A stretch of 64,000 nucleotides of DNA, taken from an uncultured bacterium (GTDB taxonomy: Bacteria > Zixibacteria > MSB-5A5 > UBA10806). The translations under genes and the position numbers were made by a program. The notes under the pieces are model-generated. The model did no database searches, was not told the origin of the DNA, and saw nothing but the letters and a program-made list of their open reading frames with translations. Below are positions 1 to 9,814 of this stretch, in pieces. The number at the start of each line of letters is the position of its first letter. Within the stretch, counting starts at the first letter, position 1. Location of the stretch: positions 352,001 to 416,000 of the forward strand of contig CBEUCH010000001.1 in NCBI GenBank assembly GCA_965541585.1, written 5' to 3'.

Positions 1-728
1 CTGAAAATTGCGGTCGCTGCCACATGGGGCCGGATCACCCCCAGATTGAGATTTTCAACGAATCCAAGCATGGCATTAAATTTTATTCCTCAGAGGATGA
101 GATGAACCTCGATTCCGATCAATGGGTCCTGGGGGTTGATTACAGCGCGGCGCCGACCTGTGCCACCTGTCATATGTCGGCCACCCGGAAACAGCCCGTT
201 AACCATAACGTGGGTGGACGGATTTCATGGACACTTCGCCCGATAATCTCGACCAAGCTGGAGAACTGGGAATCGAAACGGGCAAATATGAAAGATGTCT
301 GCAACAGCTGCCACGGCCCGGAATGGGTTAATAACTTTTTCATGCAATTCGATGATGCGGTTGAATTATACAACGTGAAATTTGCCTCTCCTGCAAAGTC
401 CATTATGGAAGATCTGAGGGTTGCCGGCAAGATCACAAAATCGCCCTTCGACGATAAGATTGAATGGACTTTTTTTGAGCTCTGGCATCATGAAGGACGT
501 CGAGCCAGGCACGGAGCCGCAATGATGGGACCGGACTTCACCCAGTGGCACGGATTCTATGAGGTAGCCAAGCATTTCTATTTCGAGTTTATCCCTGAGG
601 CCGAGAAACTTCTCCCCGGTGTTTCTCAAAAGTACCTTGAAAATGAGATGCATCAATGGCTCAAGGGATTGTCGCCGGACCAGATAAAACAGCAAATCGA
701 GTTTTACAGGAAACGTTACGGAGAATGA
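1..728 (+). CDS. Multiheme cytochrome c, hydroxylamine oxidoreductase (HAO)/octaheme family, C-terminal part (5' truncated by the window)
   Basis: The frame is open from nt 3 (ENCGRCHMGPDHPQ). It has three CxxCH motifs (CGRCH, CATCH, CNSCH) and HAO-family segments GPDHPQxEIxxESKHG and WHHEGRRARHGAAMMGPDxxxWHG. Confidence 0.85.
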   Translation, partial: ENCGRCHMGPDHPQIEIFNESKHGIKFYSSEDEMNLDSDQWVLGVDYSAAPTCATCHMSATRKQPVNHNVGGRISWTLRPIISTKLENWESKRANMKDVCNSCHGPEWVNNFFMQFDDAVELYNVKFASPAKSIMEDLRVAGKITKSPFDDKIEWTFFELWHHEGRRARHGAAMMGPDFTQWHGFYEVAKHFYFEFIPEAEKLLPGVSQKYLENEMHQWLKGLSPDQIKQQIEFYRKRYGE

Positions 729-754
729 CGTCAGTCATTTTCAGATTTTTATTA

Positions 755-782
755 TTGACTGCCGGGGCAGATGACTTATCTT
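755..782 (+). promoter_or_regulatory. Possible sigma70 promoter for the tRNA
   Basis: TTGACT-N16-TATCTT ending 10 nt upstream of the tRNA 5' end. Confidence 0.35.
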
Positions 783-792
783 AAGACCGTGT

Positions 793-867
793 GGCGCTAT
801 CGTCTAGGGGTCAGGACAGGTGGTTCTCAGCCATCAGACCGGGGTTCGATTCCCCGTAGCGCTACCA
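793..867 (+). tRNA. tRNA-Glu (anticodon CTC)
   Basis: 75-nt cloverleaf: acceptor stem GGCGCTA/TAGCGCT, anticodon arm GGTGG-TTCTCAG-CCATC, T arm CGGGG-TTCGATT-CCCCG, encoded 3' CCA. Confidence 0.96.
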
Positions 868-1440
868 GACTTATGACCCCGATAAATAAGTACTTGACAG
901 GGGATTCTCAATATCGTAAACTCCCTTCAGGATCAAAGATATTGCGCTTGTGCCTTATTTGCGATATTTTGCGGCAATGTACTAGTGATGTAATATGCTG
1001 CACTCCATTAGTGCGGAGGCTGATTTAGTTTGGTAATAGTGGCCCATCAAAGGTTGGGCTCATGACGGGCTGGATTCTCAAGTGAGTTCAGCGATAATGA
1101 GAAGGAAACAGAATTCAAGATTGGAATAATAAAGTTGCTCATACTAAATATATAATGAGCTTCCGGCGAATATTTCCGGGATGATTTTGGAAACTACCCA
1201 AAAAATCTGCTAACGTGAAACATAATGGACGCCGATATCGTTATATAGAGCGCGCTATGTTGTGGCTGGCAAAATACTGAAGGAGGTTACGGGAAAAGAC
1301 AATCATTTTTTAAGACAATTATTGCAACGGATTCTCTAGTTTGAAGGTGTCTCCATTATGACAGATAGAATCGCTATCTTGCGTCGACCTTTAAAGGAAG
1401 CATAATCAAACGGGGAAAAAATTAGTTCAAAGAGGTTAAG

Positions 1441-1746
1441 ATGCAAGTAAGCAAACTTTATGTTGGAAATCTCAGTTATTCAGTGACTAATGATCAGCTG
1501 GAAGAACTGTTTTCCAATCACGGAGAAGTCAAGGAAGTTAGAATAATCGAAGGCAAGGGCTTCGGATTTGTAGAGATGTCCGATGTCGCGGATGCTGAAA
1601 AGGCCAAAGAAGCCCTTGACGGCTCCGATTTTGAAGGCCGCACCATAAAAGTCGATGAGGCGCGCCCACCCAGGGAGAGAGGCGATCGCCCGCCGAGAGG
1701 CGGCCAGCGCGGAGGCTATCAAAGGGGAGGATATAGCCGCTATTAG
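1441..1746 (+). CDS. RRM-domain RNA-binding protein with Gly/Arg-rich tail
   Basis: RNP2 (LYVGNL) and RNP1 (KGFGFVEM) motifs, RGG-rich C terminus, GAGG ribosome-binding site. Confidence 0.93.
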   Translation: MQVSKLYVGNLSYSVTNDQLEELFSNHGEVKEVRIIEGKGFGFVEMSDVADAEKAKEALDGSDFEGRTIKVDEARPPRERGDRPPRGGQRGGYQRGGYSRY

Positions 1747-1819
1747 CATAGCGAGGGAGTAATTCAGATACGGTAATGTATCTGAAGTATTGTTCAGCCA
1801 GACACCTCATATAGCAGAT

Positions 1820-1855
1820 AAGAGGGAAAGCTATTTCAGAGCTTTCCCTCTTTTT
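1820..1855 (+). terminator. Intrinsic terminator after the RRM gene
   Basis: AAGAGGGAAAGCT-N7-AGCTTTCCCTCTT hairpin running into a T tract. Confidence 0.85.
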
Positions 1856-2068
1856 GTTTGGTTTCAGAGCTTCCCCGACTATTTAAGGTCTGAATTATGA
1901 TCTGATTTTGCGGCCTTCCGGAAAGGCAAATTATAGGAGTCCCCATTCGTCCTTGAAATTATGCAGAAGGAAAAACGGCATTTATCCCCCATGAGAAAAA
2001 TCTGTGATCATTTTTGTAAGCTGGACAGGTGAGATGCGGCAGTCGACCTGATTCGAGGGGTCTCGGCC

Positions 2069-4429
2069 TCAAACGCACTGTTCTGTCCGATGGATTATCT
2101 CGTTTTGCAGAGCTACGCCCAGATTTACGAAGTAATCGCTGTAACCAGCCACGCGGACTATCAGGTCGCGATGTCTCTCCGGTTCGCGCTGGGCCTCGCG
2201 CAAGATCTCCGCGCTTACGACGTTAAACTGAATATGATGGCCGTCCATGCGAAAATATGAGCGAATGAGGTGAACCAGCTTATCAATCCCGACCTCGCTT
2301 TCAAGCAACTGGGGTGTAAACTTCTGGTTTAGCAGCGTCCCGCCGGTTCTCAGATGGTCTATCCTGGCCGCAGACTTTAGAACAGCGGTTGGCCCGCGGC
2401 GATCAGCGCCCTGGACAGGTGAGATCCCCTCGGAAAGAGGCAGGCCTCGCTTACGCCCATCGGGAGTGGCACCGACTACGCTGCCGAAATAGACGTGGCT
2501 GGTGGTCGGGAGCAGATTAATGCGAAAATGCCCCCCTTTGGTGTTCGGACGACCATCGACAGATAGGAAAAAGCTCTCGAACACCTGCCGCAGGATATCA
2601 TCGGCGTAGTCATCATCATTACCATACTTAGGAGTTCCTTCAAGGAGCTTATGACGTAGTTCCCCGGCGTCCTCGAAATCTGTATTCATTGCATTCACCA
2701 ACTCCGGAAGAGGCAGGGTTTGTTTATCGAATACATGATATTTGATGGCCGTGAGAGAATCGGTAATGGTGCCGATTCCAACTCCCTGGATGTAGGACGT
2801 ATTGTACCTGGCCCCTTCACCATTGTAATCCCTGCCGTTCTGAATACAGTCATCGATCAGGATAGACATAAAGGGAGCCGGAAGATACTTGGCCCAGAGC
2901 CGTTCAATGATCCTGTTGCCTCTGATCTTAATGTCGATGAAGTGCTTTAATTGTCTTTCATAAGCGGCGTAGAGTTCTTCAAAAGTCGCAAACGAAGGTG
3001 GATCGCCGCTTTCATCCCCAATCCGTTTGCCGGTTCGGGGGTCCACACCGTTATGAAGCGCGATTTCCAAGACCTTGACGAGATTGAAGTAGCCGGTCAG
3101 GATATAGCTCTCCTTGCCAAATGCGCCGGTCTCCACACAGCCGCTGGCGCCACCGTTTCTGGCGTCCTCGATGGACTTTCCCTGCCTCACCAGTTCCTGT
3201 ACGATGGCTTCCGTGTTGAAGAGCGAGGGCTGACCGAACCCGGTCTTTATTATCTTAAGAGCACGTTTTAAGAGTCTGTTCGGGCTTTTCTTGCTGACCT
3301 GTAACATTGAACCCGGCTGCACAATGCGCATTTCCTCGATGACGTCCAGGATCAGATAAGTCAGATCGTTGCTGGCATCCTCGCCGGATTGAGTAACACC
3401 GCCGAGATTGATGAGGCAAAAGTCGGTGTAGGTGGCGCTTTCCTGAGCTGTCACGCCTACTTTCGGCGGCGCCGGCTGGTTGTTGAACTTAATCCAGAAT
3501 GCCTGCAAGAGTTCACGGGCTTGTTCCTCAGTGAGATTGCCTGTTTCCAGGCCGCGTTTGTAAAATGGCCAGAGATGTTGATCCAGTCTCCCGGGATTGA
3601 AGGAATCCCAGGTGTTTAGCTCTGTTATGACACCAATATGAACGAACCAGTAGTATTGCAGCGCCTCCCAGAACGTCTCCGGGGCGTATTCCGGCACGCG
3701 TGCGCAGATTTGCGCCATTCTCTCCAGTTCCTGCCTACGTTTGAGATCCGATTCCTTGTCGGCCATCGATCTCAGCCTTTCTGCATATCGCCCGGCAAAA
3801 TCAATCAGGGCTTCAGCGGCGATAGCCATGGCCCGGAGCTCCTCTCTCTTATCGAAGGCCTCCGAATCGGTGTAGTAATCGAGAACGACAATACGTTGAT
3901 CGATGGAGCGCCTGAAATCCACCATCCCCTGATTGTATATTTTATTATCCAGGACGGTATGACCGGGAGCCCGCTGCTCCAGAAACTCGGTGAATATGCC
4001 CGCCTCGTAGGCAGCCTTCCAGTCATCGTCCACTTCGTTGAAAATCCTGTCTCGAATGGATCGGCCGCTCCAGAACGGTATGATAATGTCGCTCTGTATC
4101 CGGCGTTCGGCATCTCCCACTTTGAAGGGGACCTTCTCCCGCGAGTCCAGAATGTCGAAATCCTCGAGCGAATGAGTGCAGATCTCCGGGTAGGTAGGCG
4201 TAGCCTTCGGCGCCGGACCTCGCTCGCCGACGATAAGTTCCCCGTCATTAATGCATAGTTCCTTGTTCTGGAGAATATATTTAAGCGCCATAGCCCGGGC
4301 TACCGGTACCGACACCCGCTCGGCAACGCCCTTTTTGTAGAACTCCGTTAGCAGGGTGGCTCGCTCAAGCGAAATGGCGGGAACGGCGTTTAGGCTCTGT
4401 TCCCGCAATTTGTGTATCCTGTCATTCAC
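2069..4429 (-). CDS. hypD: Glycyl radical enzyme, trans-4-hydroxy-L-proline dehydratase (HypD)-like
   Basis: Gly-radical motif RVAGYS and Cys loop GCVE. Segments characteristic of HypD from recollection: EQRAPGHT, ELNTWDSF, NNQPAPPKVG..ESATYTDF, LTGY, LPTT. Confidence 0.85.
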   Translation of the reverse strand: MNDRIHKLREQSLNAVPAISLERATLLTEFYKKGVAERVSVPVARAMALKYILQNKELCINDGELIVGERGPAPKATPTYPEICTHSLEDFDILDSREKVPFKVGDAERRIQSDIIIPFWSGRSIRDRIFNEVDDDWKAAYEAGIFTEFLEQRAPGHTVLDNKIYNQGMVDFRRSIDQRIVVLDYYTDSEAFDKREELRAMAIAAEALIDFAGRYAERLRSMADKESDLKRRQELERMAQICARVPEYAPETFWEALQYYWFVHIGVITELNTWDSFNPGRLDQHLWPFYKRGLETGNLTEEQARELLQAFWIKFNNQPAPPKVGVTAQESATYTDFCLINLGGVTQSGEDASNDLTYLILDVIEEMRIVQPGSMLQVSKKSPNRLLKRALKIIKTGFGQPSLFNTEAIVQELVRQGKSIEDARNGGASGCVETGAFGKESYILTGYFNLVKVLEIALHNGVDPRTGKRIGDESGDPPSFATFEELYAAYERQLKHFIDIKIRGNRIIERLWAKYLPAPFMSILIDDCIQNGRDYNGEGARYNTSYIQGVGIGTITDSLTAIKYHVFDKQTLPLPELVNAMNTDFEDAGELRHKLLEGTPKYGNDDDYADDILRQVFESFFLSVDGRPNTKGGHFRINLLPTTSHVYFGSVVGATPDGRKRGLPLSEGISPVQGADRRGPTAVLKSAARIDHLRTGGTLLNQKFTPQLLESEVGIDKLVHLIRSYFRMDGHHIQFNVVSAEILREAQREPERHRDLIVRVAGYSDYFVNLGVALQNEIIHRTEQCV

Positions 4430-4435
4430 AACCGT

Positions 4436-5242
4436 TCAGCCTCCAATAGATACCTGGTAACCGTGCGACTCCAGCATTTTTCCGGCCTGACGAACCTCCT
4501 CTGTTGGCATAGTCTGCCAGCGGCGACGAGGATGCCCCATCTCAAAACGCTCCATTTTATCCTCCCCCAGCTTATTATAGGGGAGAAGGCTTATACGATG
4601 AACATTTGGAAGGTTTGAAAGAAATAATGCAATAGCCTCAAGGTTGTCCCTGGTGTCGGTGATGTCGGGAATCAGCGGGACACGCACAATTACTTTGTCA
4701 GCTCGTTCGGTCAGACGGGCCAGGTTGGAGAGTATTCGCCGGTTCGATACCCCAACATATCTCTTGTGATCTGTTTTATCAATAAGCTTGAGATCATACA
4801 AAAACAGATCGACAAGATCATATATCTGCTCGAAATCCTCCCAATCAGCATACCCCGATGTATCCACAGCGGTATGGATGCCCAGATGATGACAGCCATC
4901 CAACAAGGCTTTTAGGAATTCCACCTGCATCAACGGTTCCCCGCCGGAGATGGTCACGCCACCGCCCGACTGATCGTAGAAAATCCGGTCTTTGACGATC
5001 TCTCCGACCAATTCCTCGACCGTCACGGTGCAGCCGATTGTCGTGTTCTTCGTCCGAGAATCAGCATGAGCTCCGCGCCAGAAGCGAACCTGCTTTGATT
5101 CCGGTTCGGGATTACGGCTCTCGGGATTGTGGCACCACCAGCAGTCAAGCGGACAGCCTTTGAAGAAAACGGTTGTACGGATACCGGGGCCGTCATGGAT
5201 GGCGAATTTCTTGATGTCGAAAATGATTCCTGTCTTTGCCAT
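4436..5242 (-). CDS. Glycyl-radical enzyme activating enzyme (radical SAM)
   Basis: HDGPGIRTTVFFKGCPLDCWWCHNPES (CxxxCxxC), GGVTISGGEP and DTSG motifs. It lies directly upstream of the GRE. Start placed at ATG 5242 behind GGAG; the ORF extends to 5263. Confidence 0.93.
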   Translation of the reverse strand: MAKTGIIFDIKKFAIHDGPGIRTTVFFKGCPLDCWWCHNPESRNPEPESKQVRFWRGAHADSRTKNTTIGCTVTVEELVGEIVKDRIFYDQSGGGVTISGGEPLMQVEFLKALLDGCHHLGIHTAVDTSGYADWEDFEQIYDLVDLFLYDLKLIDKTDHKRYVGVSNRRILSNLARLTERADKVIVRVPLIPDITDTRDNLEAIALFLSNLPNVHRISLLPYNKLGEDKMERFEMGHPRRRWQTMPTEEVRQAGKMLESHGYQVSIGG

Positions 5243-5726
5243 GCGGCTCTCCATAATAACCAACTGGATGCGACCCGCCTGTTAAAGGCGCTAATCTGAA
5301 TATACGCTTTTAGCCGGGAAGAATCAACTTGTCAGTCGGGGCGGCCGGTGATTCTTAGCCCGGTAAGATTGGATGGTCTATGCATCCTTGCCGGGGAGAT
5401 CGCAGGAGCAAGCCTCCAATGATGATAAAAACCATGACTCCGCAAAATACCGCAATAAGAACTGAGCCGGATCGCAGACGTATACCTTTTAAGGCCATAG
5501 CTGTAATAAGAGTCGCCGCCAATGGCATCATCTCACAGGCAGGCGAGACGCCACAAAGCATGCTGTGCCATAGGACATTTATGGGCGCATGACATACGCA
5601 GTGTGGAAGGAAGCGACAACGCACACTTCCATAAGACGACTTTCGCGTCATTCTACAACAGGTTTTCAATAGAAGTAAGAGGTTTTTGGGATATGCTTAA
5701 AAAATCAATGCGGGGAAATCGAATTT

Positions 5727-6209
5727 TTATACAAACGATTTCAATATCTCCCTCTGCAACCCGACCAATTCCGAATTCGCCTCGCTGATTTCATCGATCT
5801 TCTGCTGGAGCTTCTTGAGGAGATTTTGCCTTTCCATGCCGTTACGAAGGATAATCAGGAGATCATCGTTATCCCACGGTTTTTCGAGGTATTGAAACAG
5901 GCCCACTTCGTTGATGGCCTTGATTGCGTTTTCCTTATCGGCGTAACCGGTGAGAATTATGCGTGGGACGTCCGGTCGTATCTCCCTGACTTTAGCCAGG
6001 AAGCTGATACCGTCCATTTCCGGCATAAGATAGTCGGAAATTACGATATCAATATCGTTTTTCTTTATGAATTCAAGCGCCGCTTCGGCGGATGTGAAAG
6101 TTTCGATTTTGAGACTCGTCTCGAGATTCAGAAATGACCTTAAGCTGGTCAGAACCATTTCCTCGTCATCGACCAGCACAATTGTTGAATTCGATTGAAC
6201 GACTGACAC
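5727..6209 (-). CDS. Response regulator: receiver domain plus C-terminal coiled coil
   Basis: VLVDDE, SDYLMPEMDG (phospho-Asp), ILTG and LEKPW motifs. Confidence 0.92.
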   Translation of the reverse strand: MSVVQSNSTIVLVDDEEMVLTSLRSFLNLETSLKIETFTSAEAALEFIKKNDIDIVISDYLMPEMDGISFLAKVREIRPDVPRIILTGYADKENAIKAINEVGLFQYLEKPWDNDDLLIILRNGMERQNLLKKLQQKIDEISEANSELVGLQREILKSFV

Positions 6210-6370
6210 TTTTCTCTCCTGTTTTAAATCTACTATCCCTCAGGCAAGTTGCAATGCCTGGAAAATAACCGGGACTGCAGACGCCTGGCTTTTTCTACGG
6301 CGACAATGATCATGCTCTCCGGGCATGGTTCCCGTCGTTTCCGAACGCCCGGATTGTATACGGAACCACT

Positions 6371-6820
6371 CTAAGAACTGTTTCGATCTACCGGTCTTGA
6401 TCCCACTCTCTCCAGAAGACTTCTCAAGCGTTTGACCAGCGTTTTCATAACTCCTTGCGTGATTCGGACGTTATCTCCCAGCAGGTCAATGAAATCTTCT
6501 TTCTGGATTCGCAGTAGCTGACTATCCTCCATAGCCGTTGCCGTAACGACCCTCGGGTCATCATCGAATAATGCCCACGTTCCAAAAATGTCTTTGTGGG
6601 TGCCGATCATAACATCGGAACCGTCTCGAATCAGCCTGATCCTGCCATCAATGATCATATACATACAATCCGATATGTCTCCTTCCTTAAAGATTACATT
6701 GCCCTTTTCAAATTCTATTTCCTCGGTAATGGCGGCGATTTGAGCCAGGTCTTCGGTCGATGTGAATCCGAATATATCAACATCCTGCAGAAACAACACT
6801 TTTTCTATCGTGGTCAGCAT
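6371..6820 (-). CDS. Stand-alone cyclic nucleotide-binding domain protein
   Basis: IFKEGD..MYMIIDGRI..FG..ALFDDDPRVVTATA cNMP signature, no HTH. The N terminus (EKVLFLQDVDIF) resembles the cNMP tails of NTT-HEAT proteins. Confidence 0.88.
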   Translation of the reverse strand: MLTTIEKVLFLQDVDIFGFTSTEDLAQIAAITEEIEFEKGNVIFKEGDISDCMYMIIDGRIRLIRDGSDVMIGTHKDIFGTWALFDDDPRVVTATAMEDSQLLRIQKEDFIDLLGDNVRITQGVMKTLVKRLRSLLERVGSRPVDRNSS

Positions 6821-6893
6821 TGAATCAGACTATTCCGAAATTCGGTCTCGGGATTGCTATCTATCCAATTTCCTGGTTTTGAAGTCATTTTCA

Positions 6894-9725
6894 TTAATCT
6901 GCCAGATTGAGCTTAATTGCAGCATATCTGGCAGTCTCGGCGATAACCCGGTCTGCGGCATTGCCCAGTTCACGGAGGGTCCCGGCGAAACGCCTGTTTT
7001 CCTGCTCAGCGATAAGATACAATGTGCATACGATAAGCCAGCGGACATTGCTCTTCAGAAGCATATAGAGCCCTTCGTCAGTTGATTTTAGGCTGAAGCC
7101 CCAGAGGCGCTCGGTATGTTTGAGCAATGACCGGATCAAAACAGTTTCCACAATCGGGATTATATATTTTTTTAGGTCGGAATCAAGAATATTATCGAGA
7201 AATTCTACGGCGTCGGCCCTGAGGCCGGGCTTTTCGCTGGTTATCCCCAGATACGCATTATAGATATCCCGGGAATAGTAGTTAAGGCTCAAGAGACGAA
7301 ACATCCTCTCCATGCTCCGTGCGAGGCTTTCATGCAGCGCTCTGGTGATGAGGCGTCTGGCCTGTTTGCCGCTGCGCTCGCCGCCAATCCGCGTCGGAAT
7401 CAGGCGATGGGCACGGCGGTCGAATCTGTAGAGAACGGCATTCAGTTTGTAGTAATTTTCGGCCTCCGCCAGAATACTCCTTTCGATAAGCTGAGAATCC
7501 AGCTTCAACATCGGGTAGTGTTCCCTTAGCTTGTTCAGACCCCTTATGGTTTCATAGCGAAGAGTCAAATCCTTGTGCGTTAAATTCTCATACAAGGTAT
7601 TGACCGCCCTTTTTGAGCCAATAAGGGCCAGGACCTTCGGTATCCTGGTTCTTACCCGCATGTTTTCGTCCGGATCATTGTAGCGTTCCATCAAAGGATC
7701 GATGACTTTATCGCCGTATTCAGCCAGGGATTCGCGAACATCTATGGCCACTGCACGAGTACCGAGGTGGGATATCAGAATCGGAATGAACTCTTCTGAT
7801 CGAGTTTCGCCGGCGCTTATCACGGCCGCCTTCAGGATTTCCGTGGACTCATCGCCCAGCAATCTTATCAGAGTAGCATTCAACTTCGGAATTTTGACCA
7901 TCCCCATAATTTTTGCAATATTTAACTTCAAAAGCCTGCTCTGTTTGTCGGAAGGTCCTGACCATTCGATTCGGTCGACCAGTTCTTTAATCAATCTTTC
8001 CAGTTCGATTATGTTGCCAAACGGTTTGCCTTCTTTTACCGCCAGGGCGGCGCAGATCAGGGCTGATGTCTTGACTTCGATGCTGGATTGAGACAGAAAT
8101 TCCCGAAAAGTTGACTCGGGGTCATCTGAATGCATGCAGATATAGCTTATCGCCTCTATCCTGACATCCTGGCTACCATCCGCAATGAGCGATCTGGCCT
8201 CTGTGGTGAAATCCTCGGTTTCATAATGAGAGATCATCCCGAGAACCCGGGCCTTGATTTCTGCTGACGGGTGTTGGAGCAGTCTTTTCAGATGCGGCAG
8301 CAATAAGTCATTTCTTGTGTCTTCGAAAAGATTTAAGACATACAGGATCTGCCTTTCGTTAACGCTGTCCAGCACCCTCAACAGACTCTTTACTGTTGAG
8401 GAGTCGGTCCCGCTCAACGACAGTTCATCGATGTCTATCGTTCGTTTCTCAATGGCACGGCGAAATGAATTGACGTATTCCTTTTTCATTTTCATTATAA
8501 TGAATATCCAGAAGCAGATCAGTGCAATAATGAAAAGACTCACGTACCTAATTGGAAGATTTATGCCGGTTATCAGGGCAATTAATAACAGGCCTCCCAA
8601 ACCCATGGCCAGACTATCTATGAAAACATCGACGATACTCTTTGCCTGATTTTTCACCAGCGCCGGGACCGGAATTGAAAGCAATTCCATGCCTGCTTTA
8701 TTCACTGATTGCTTGAGGCTACCCTCGGTGACTTTGATAAATACTGCCGACCAGAGAGCCGGGCTGAAAAGACTACCCAGGGCTCCTAAGAAAACGCCGG
8801 CCGGCAAAAAGAAGAGGGCCCGGGCAGTGCCCATCGATTTGAGAATTCTGCCGGTCAAAAGTAATTGGATGATAAGAGCCAATATGCTCAGATTCGAGAG
8901 CCAGAAACCGAAAAAGGCGGTGAGTTGATCCTGATCGGGAATCTCGCTTGAGGCTAATGCGCTGAATTGGAAATCAACCAGGCTGGCCACGATTACACCG
9001 ACGCCCACCATTGCGGCGGTCAAAGCAAGATGCCTCGATCTGGTAAATAGCCTTATGGGATTGCCAGTTTCAAACGATTGCTTCATTCGCCTTTGAGCCT
9101 GAATCCTCTCCCGAAAACTATGTTTTCCGCCACTTTGCCAGATAACTGACATTAATATGAGACTGGATATCATAAAACCGATGGCGAAAAATAAGAGATT
9201 CGAAGTCTCGAGAAGAGGGGCTAAATAGCTGGTAAGATACCCACCGAAGATACCGCCCGAGATCGCTCCGGCGCCTATCAGGCCAAATAGCCTTTTTGCT
9301 TCACGGGCGTTAAATACATAATTTGCCAGAAGCCAGAATTGGGTTGTGGATATGACTCCGAAGATCGAAACCCATATATAGAACAGATAAAGAAACCAGG
9401 CTGCCGTCATATTGAGATATAAGAAATACCAGATGACCAGGAGATTAAAGACAACGATTAGCAGGGTGGCCGAAATCAGGTAATTGAGGCGAACTTTTCT
9501 GGAAAGTCGCCAGTATAGCGATACTACAATTCCTGATGCGATAGATACCATGATGAAAGCATATGGAAGCTGTTTTACGCCAAGATAAGTAAGAAAAAGG
9601 GAATTGCGAACCGGCTTTAAAATCATCAACGACGCGATAACAAAGAAAATATAGGCAAACATCAGGGAGACCCTGAAACCCTCGCCCTCTCGAATGCCAA
9701 ACAATTTTTCGAAAAGTGTCTTCAT
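6894..9725 (-). CDS. NTT/TLC (ATP/ADP translocase family) MFS carrier fused to a HEAT-repeat domain
   Basis: About 12 hydrophobic segments with ILKPVRNSLFL, QFWLLANYVFNAREAKRLFGLIG and VDFQF motifs, then ~500 aa of helical HEAT-like repeats. Start taken at MKTLF; the ORF extends to 9749. Confidence 0.85.
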   Translation of the reverse strand: MKTLFEKLFGIREGEGFRVSLMFAYIFFVIASLMILKPVRNSLFLTYLGVKQLPYAFIMVSIASGIVVSLYWRLSRKVRLNYLISATLLIVVFNLLVIWYFLYLNMTAAWFLYLFYIWVSIFGVISTTQFWLLANYVFNAREAKRLFGLIGAGAISGGIFGGYLTSYLAPLLETSNLLFFAIGFMISSLILMSVIWQSGGKHSFRERIQAQRRMKQSFETGNPIRLFTRSRHLALTAAMVGVGVIVASLVDFQFSALASSEIPDQDQLTAFFGFWLSNLSILALIIQLLLTGRILKSMGTARALFFLPAGVFLGALGSLFSPALWSAVFIKVTEGSLKQSVNKAGMELLSIPVPALVKNQAKSIVDVFIDSLAMGLGGLLLIALITGINLPIRYVSLFIIALICFWIFIIMKMKKEYVNSFRRAIEKRTIDIDELSLSGTDSSTVKSLLRVLDSVNERQILYVLNLFEDTRNDLLLPHLKRLLQHPSAEIKARVLGMISHYETEDFTTEARSLIADGSQDVRIEAISYICMHSDDPESTFREFLSQSSIEVKTSALICAALAVKEGKPFGNIIELERLIKELVDRIEWSGPSDKQSRLLKLNIAKIMGMVKIPKLNATLIRLLGDESTEILKAAVISAGETRSEEFIPILISHLGTRAVAIDVRESLAEYGDKVIDPLMERYNDPDENMRVRTRIPKVLALIGSKRAVNTLYENLTHKDLTLRYETIRGLNKLREHYPMLKLDSQLIERSILAEAENYYKLNAVLYRFDRRAHRLIPTRIGGERSGKQARRLITRALHESLARSMERMFRLLSLNYYSRDIYNAYLGITSEKPGLRADAVEFLDNILDSDLKKYIIPIVETVLIRSLLKHTERLWGFSLKSTDEGLYMLLKSNVRWLIVCTLYLIAEQENRRFAGTLRELGNAADRVIAETARYAAIKLNLAD

Positions 9726-9814
9726 AATGACTGGATTGGCAAGATACAAGAATGAGCGCTAATAATAAAGATGGAAATCGCCGGATAAAACGTTCGGATC
9801 GGAATGCCAGTCCT

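Noticed and set aside
771..1028. 85-aa ORF in the track
   Set aside because: It overlaps the tRNA-Glu gene and has no recognisable motif, so it is spurious.
868..1440. AT-rich ~570-nt gap after the tRNA as a possible island or prophage attachment site or ncRNA
   Set aside because: No integrase in the window, no repeat of the tRNA 3' end noticed, and no recognisable RNA family. It is more simply the promoter/leader of the RRM gene.
2069..4429. Pyruvate formate-lyase or benzylsuccinate synthase call for the GRE
   Set aside because: It has a single-Cys GCVE loop rather than the PFL CC pair, no small Bss subunits, and HypD-type segments.
5355..5669. Small minus-strand ORF with one hydrophobic segment upstream of the activase
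   Set aside because: No clear start or RBS and no family motif. It could be a small membrane protein, but the evidence is insufficient.
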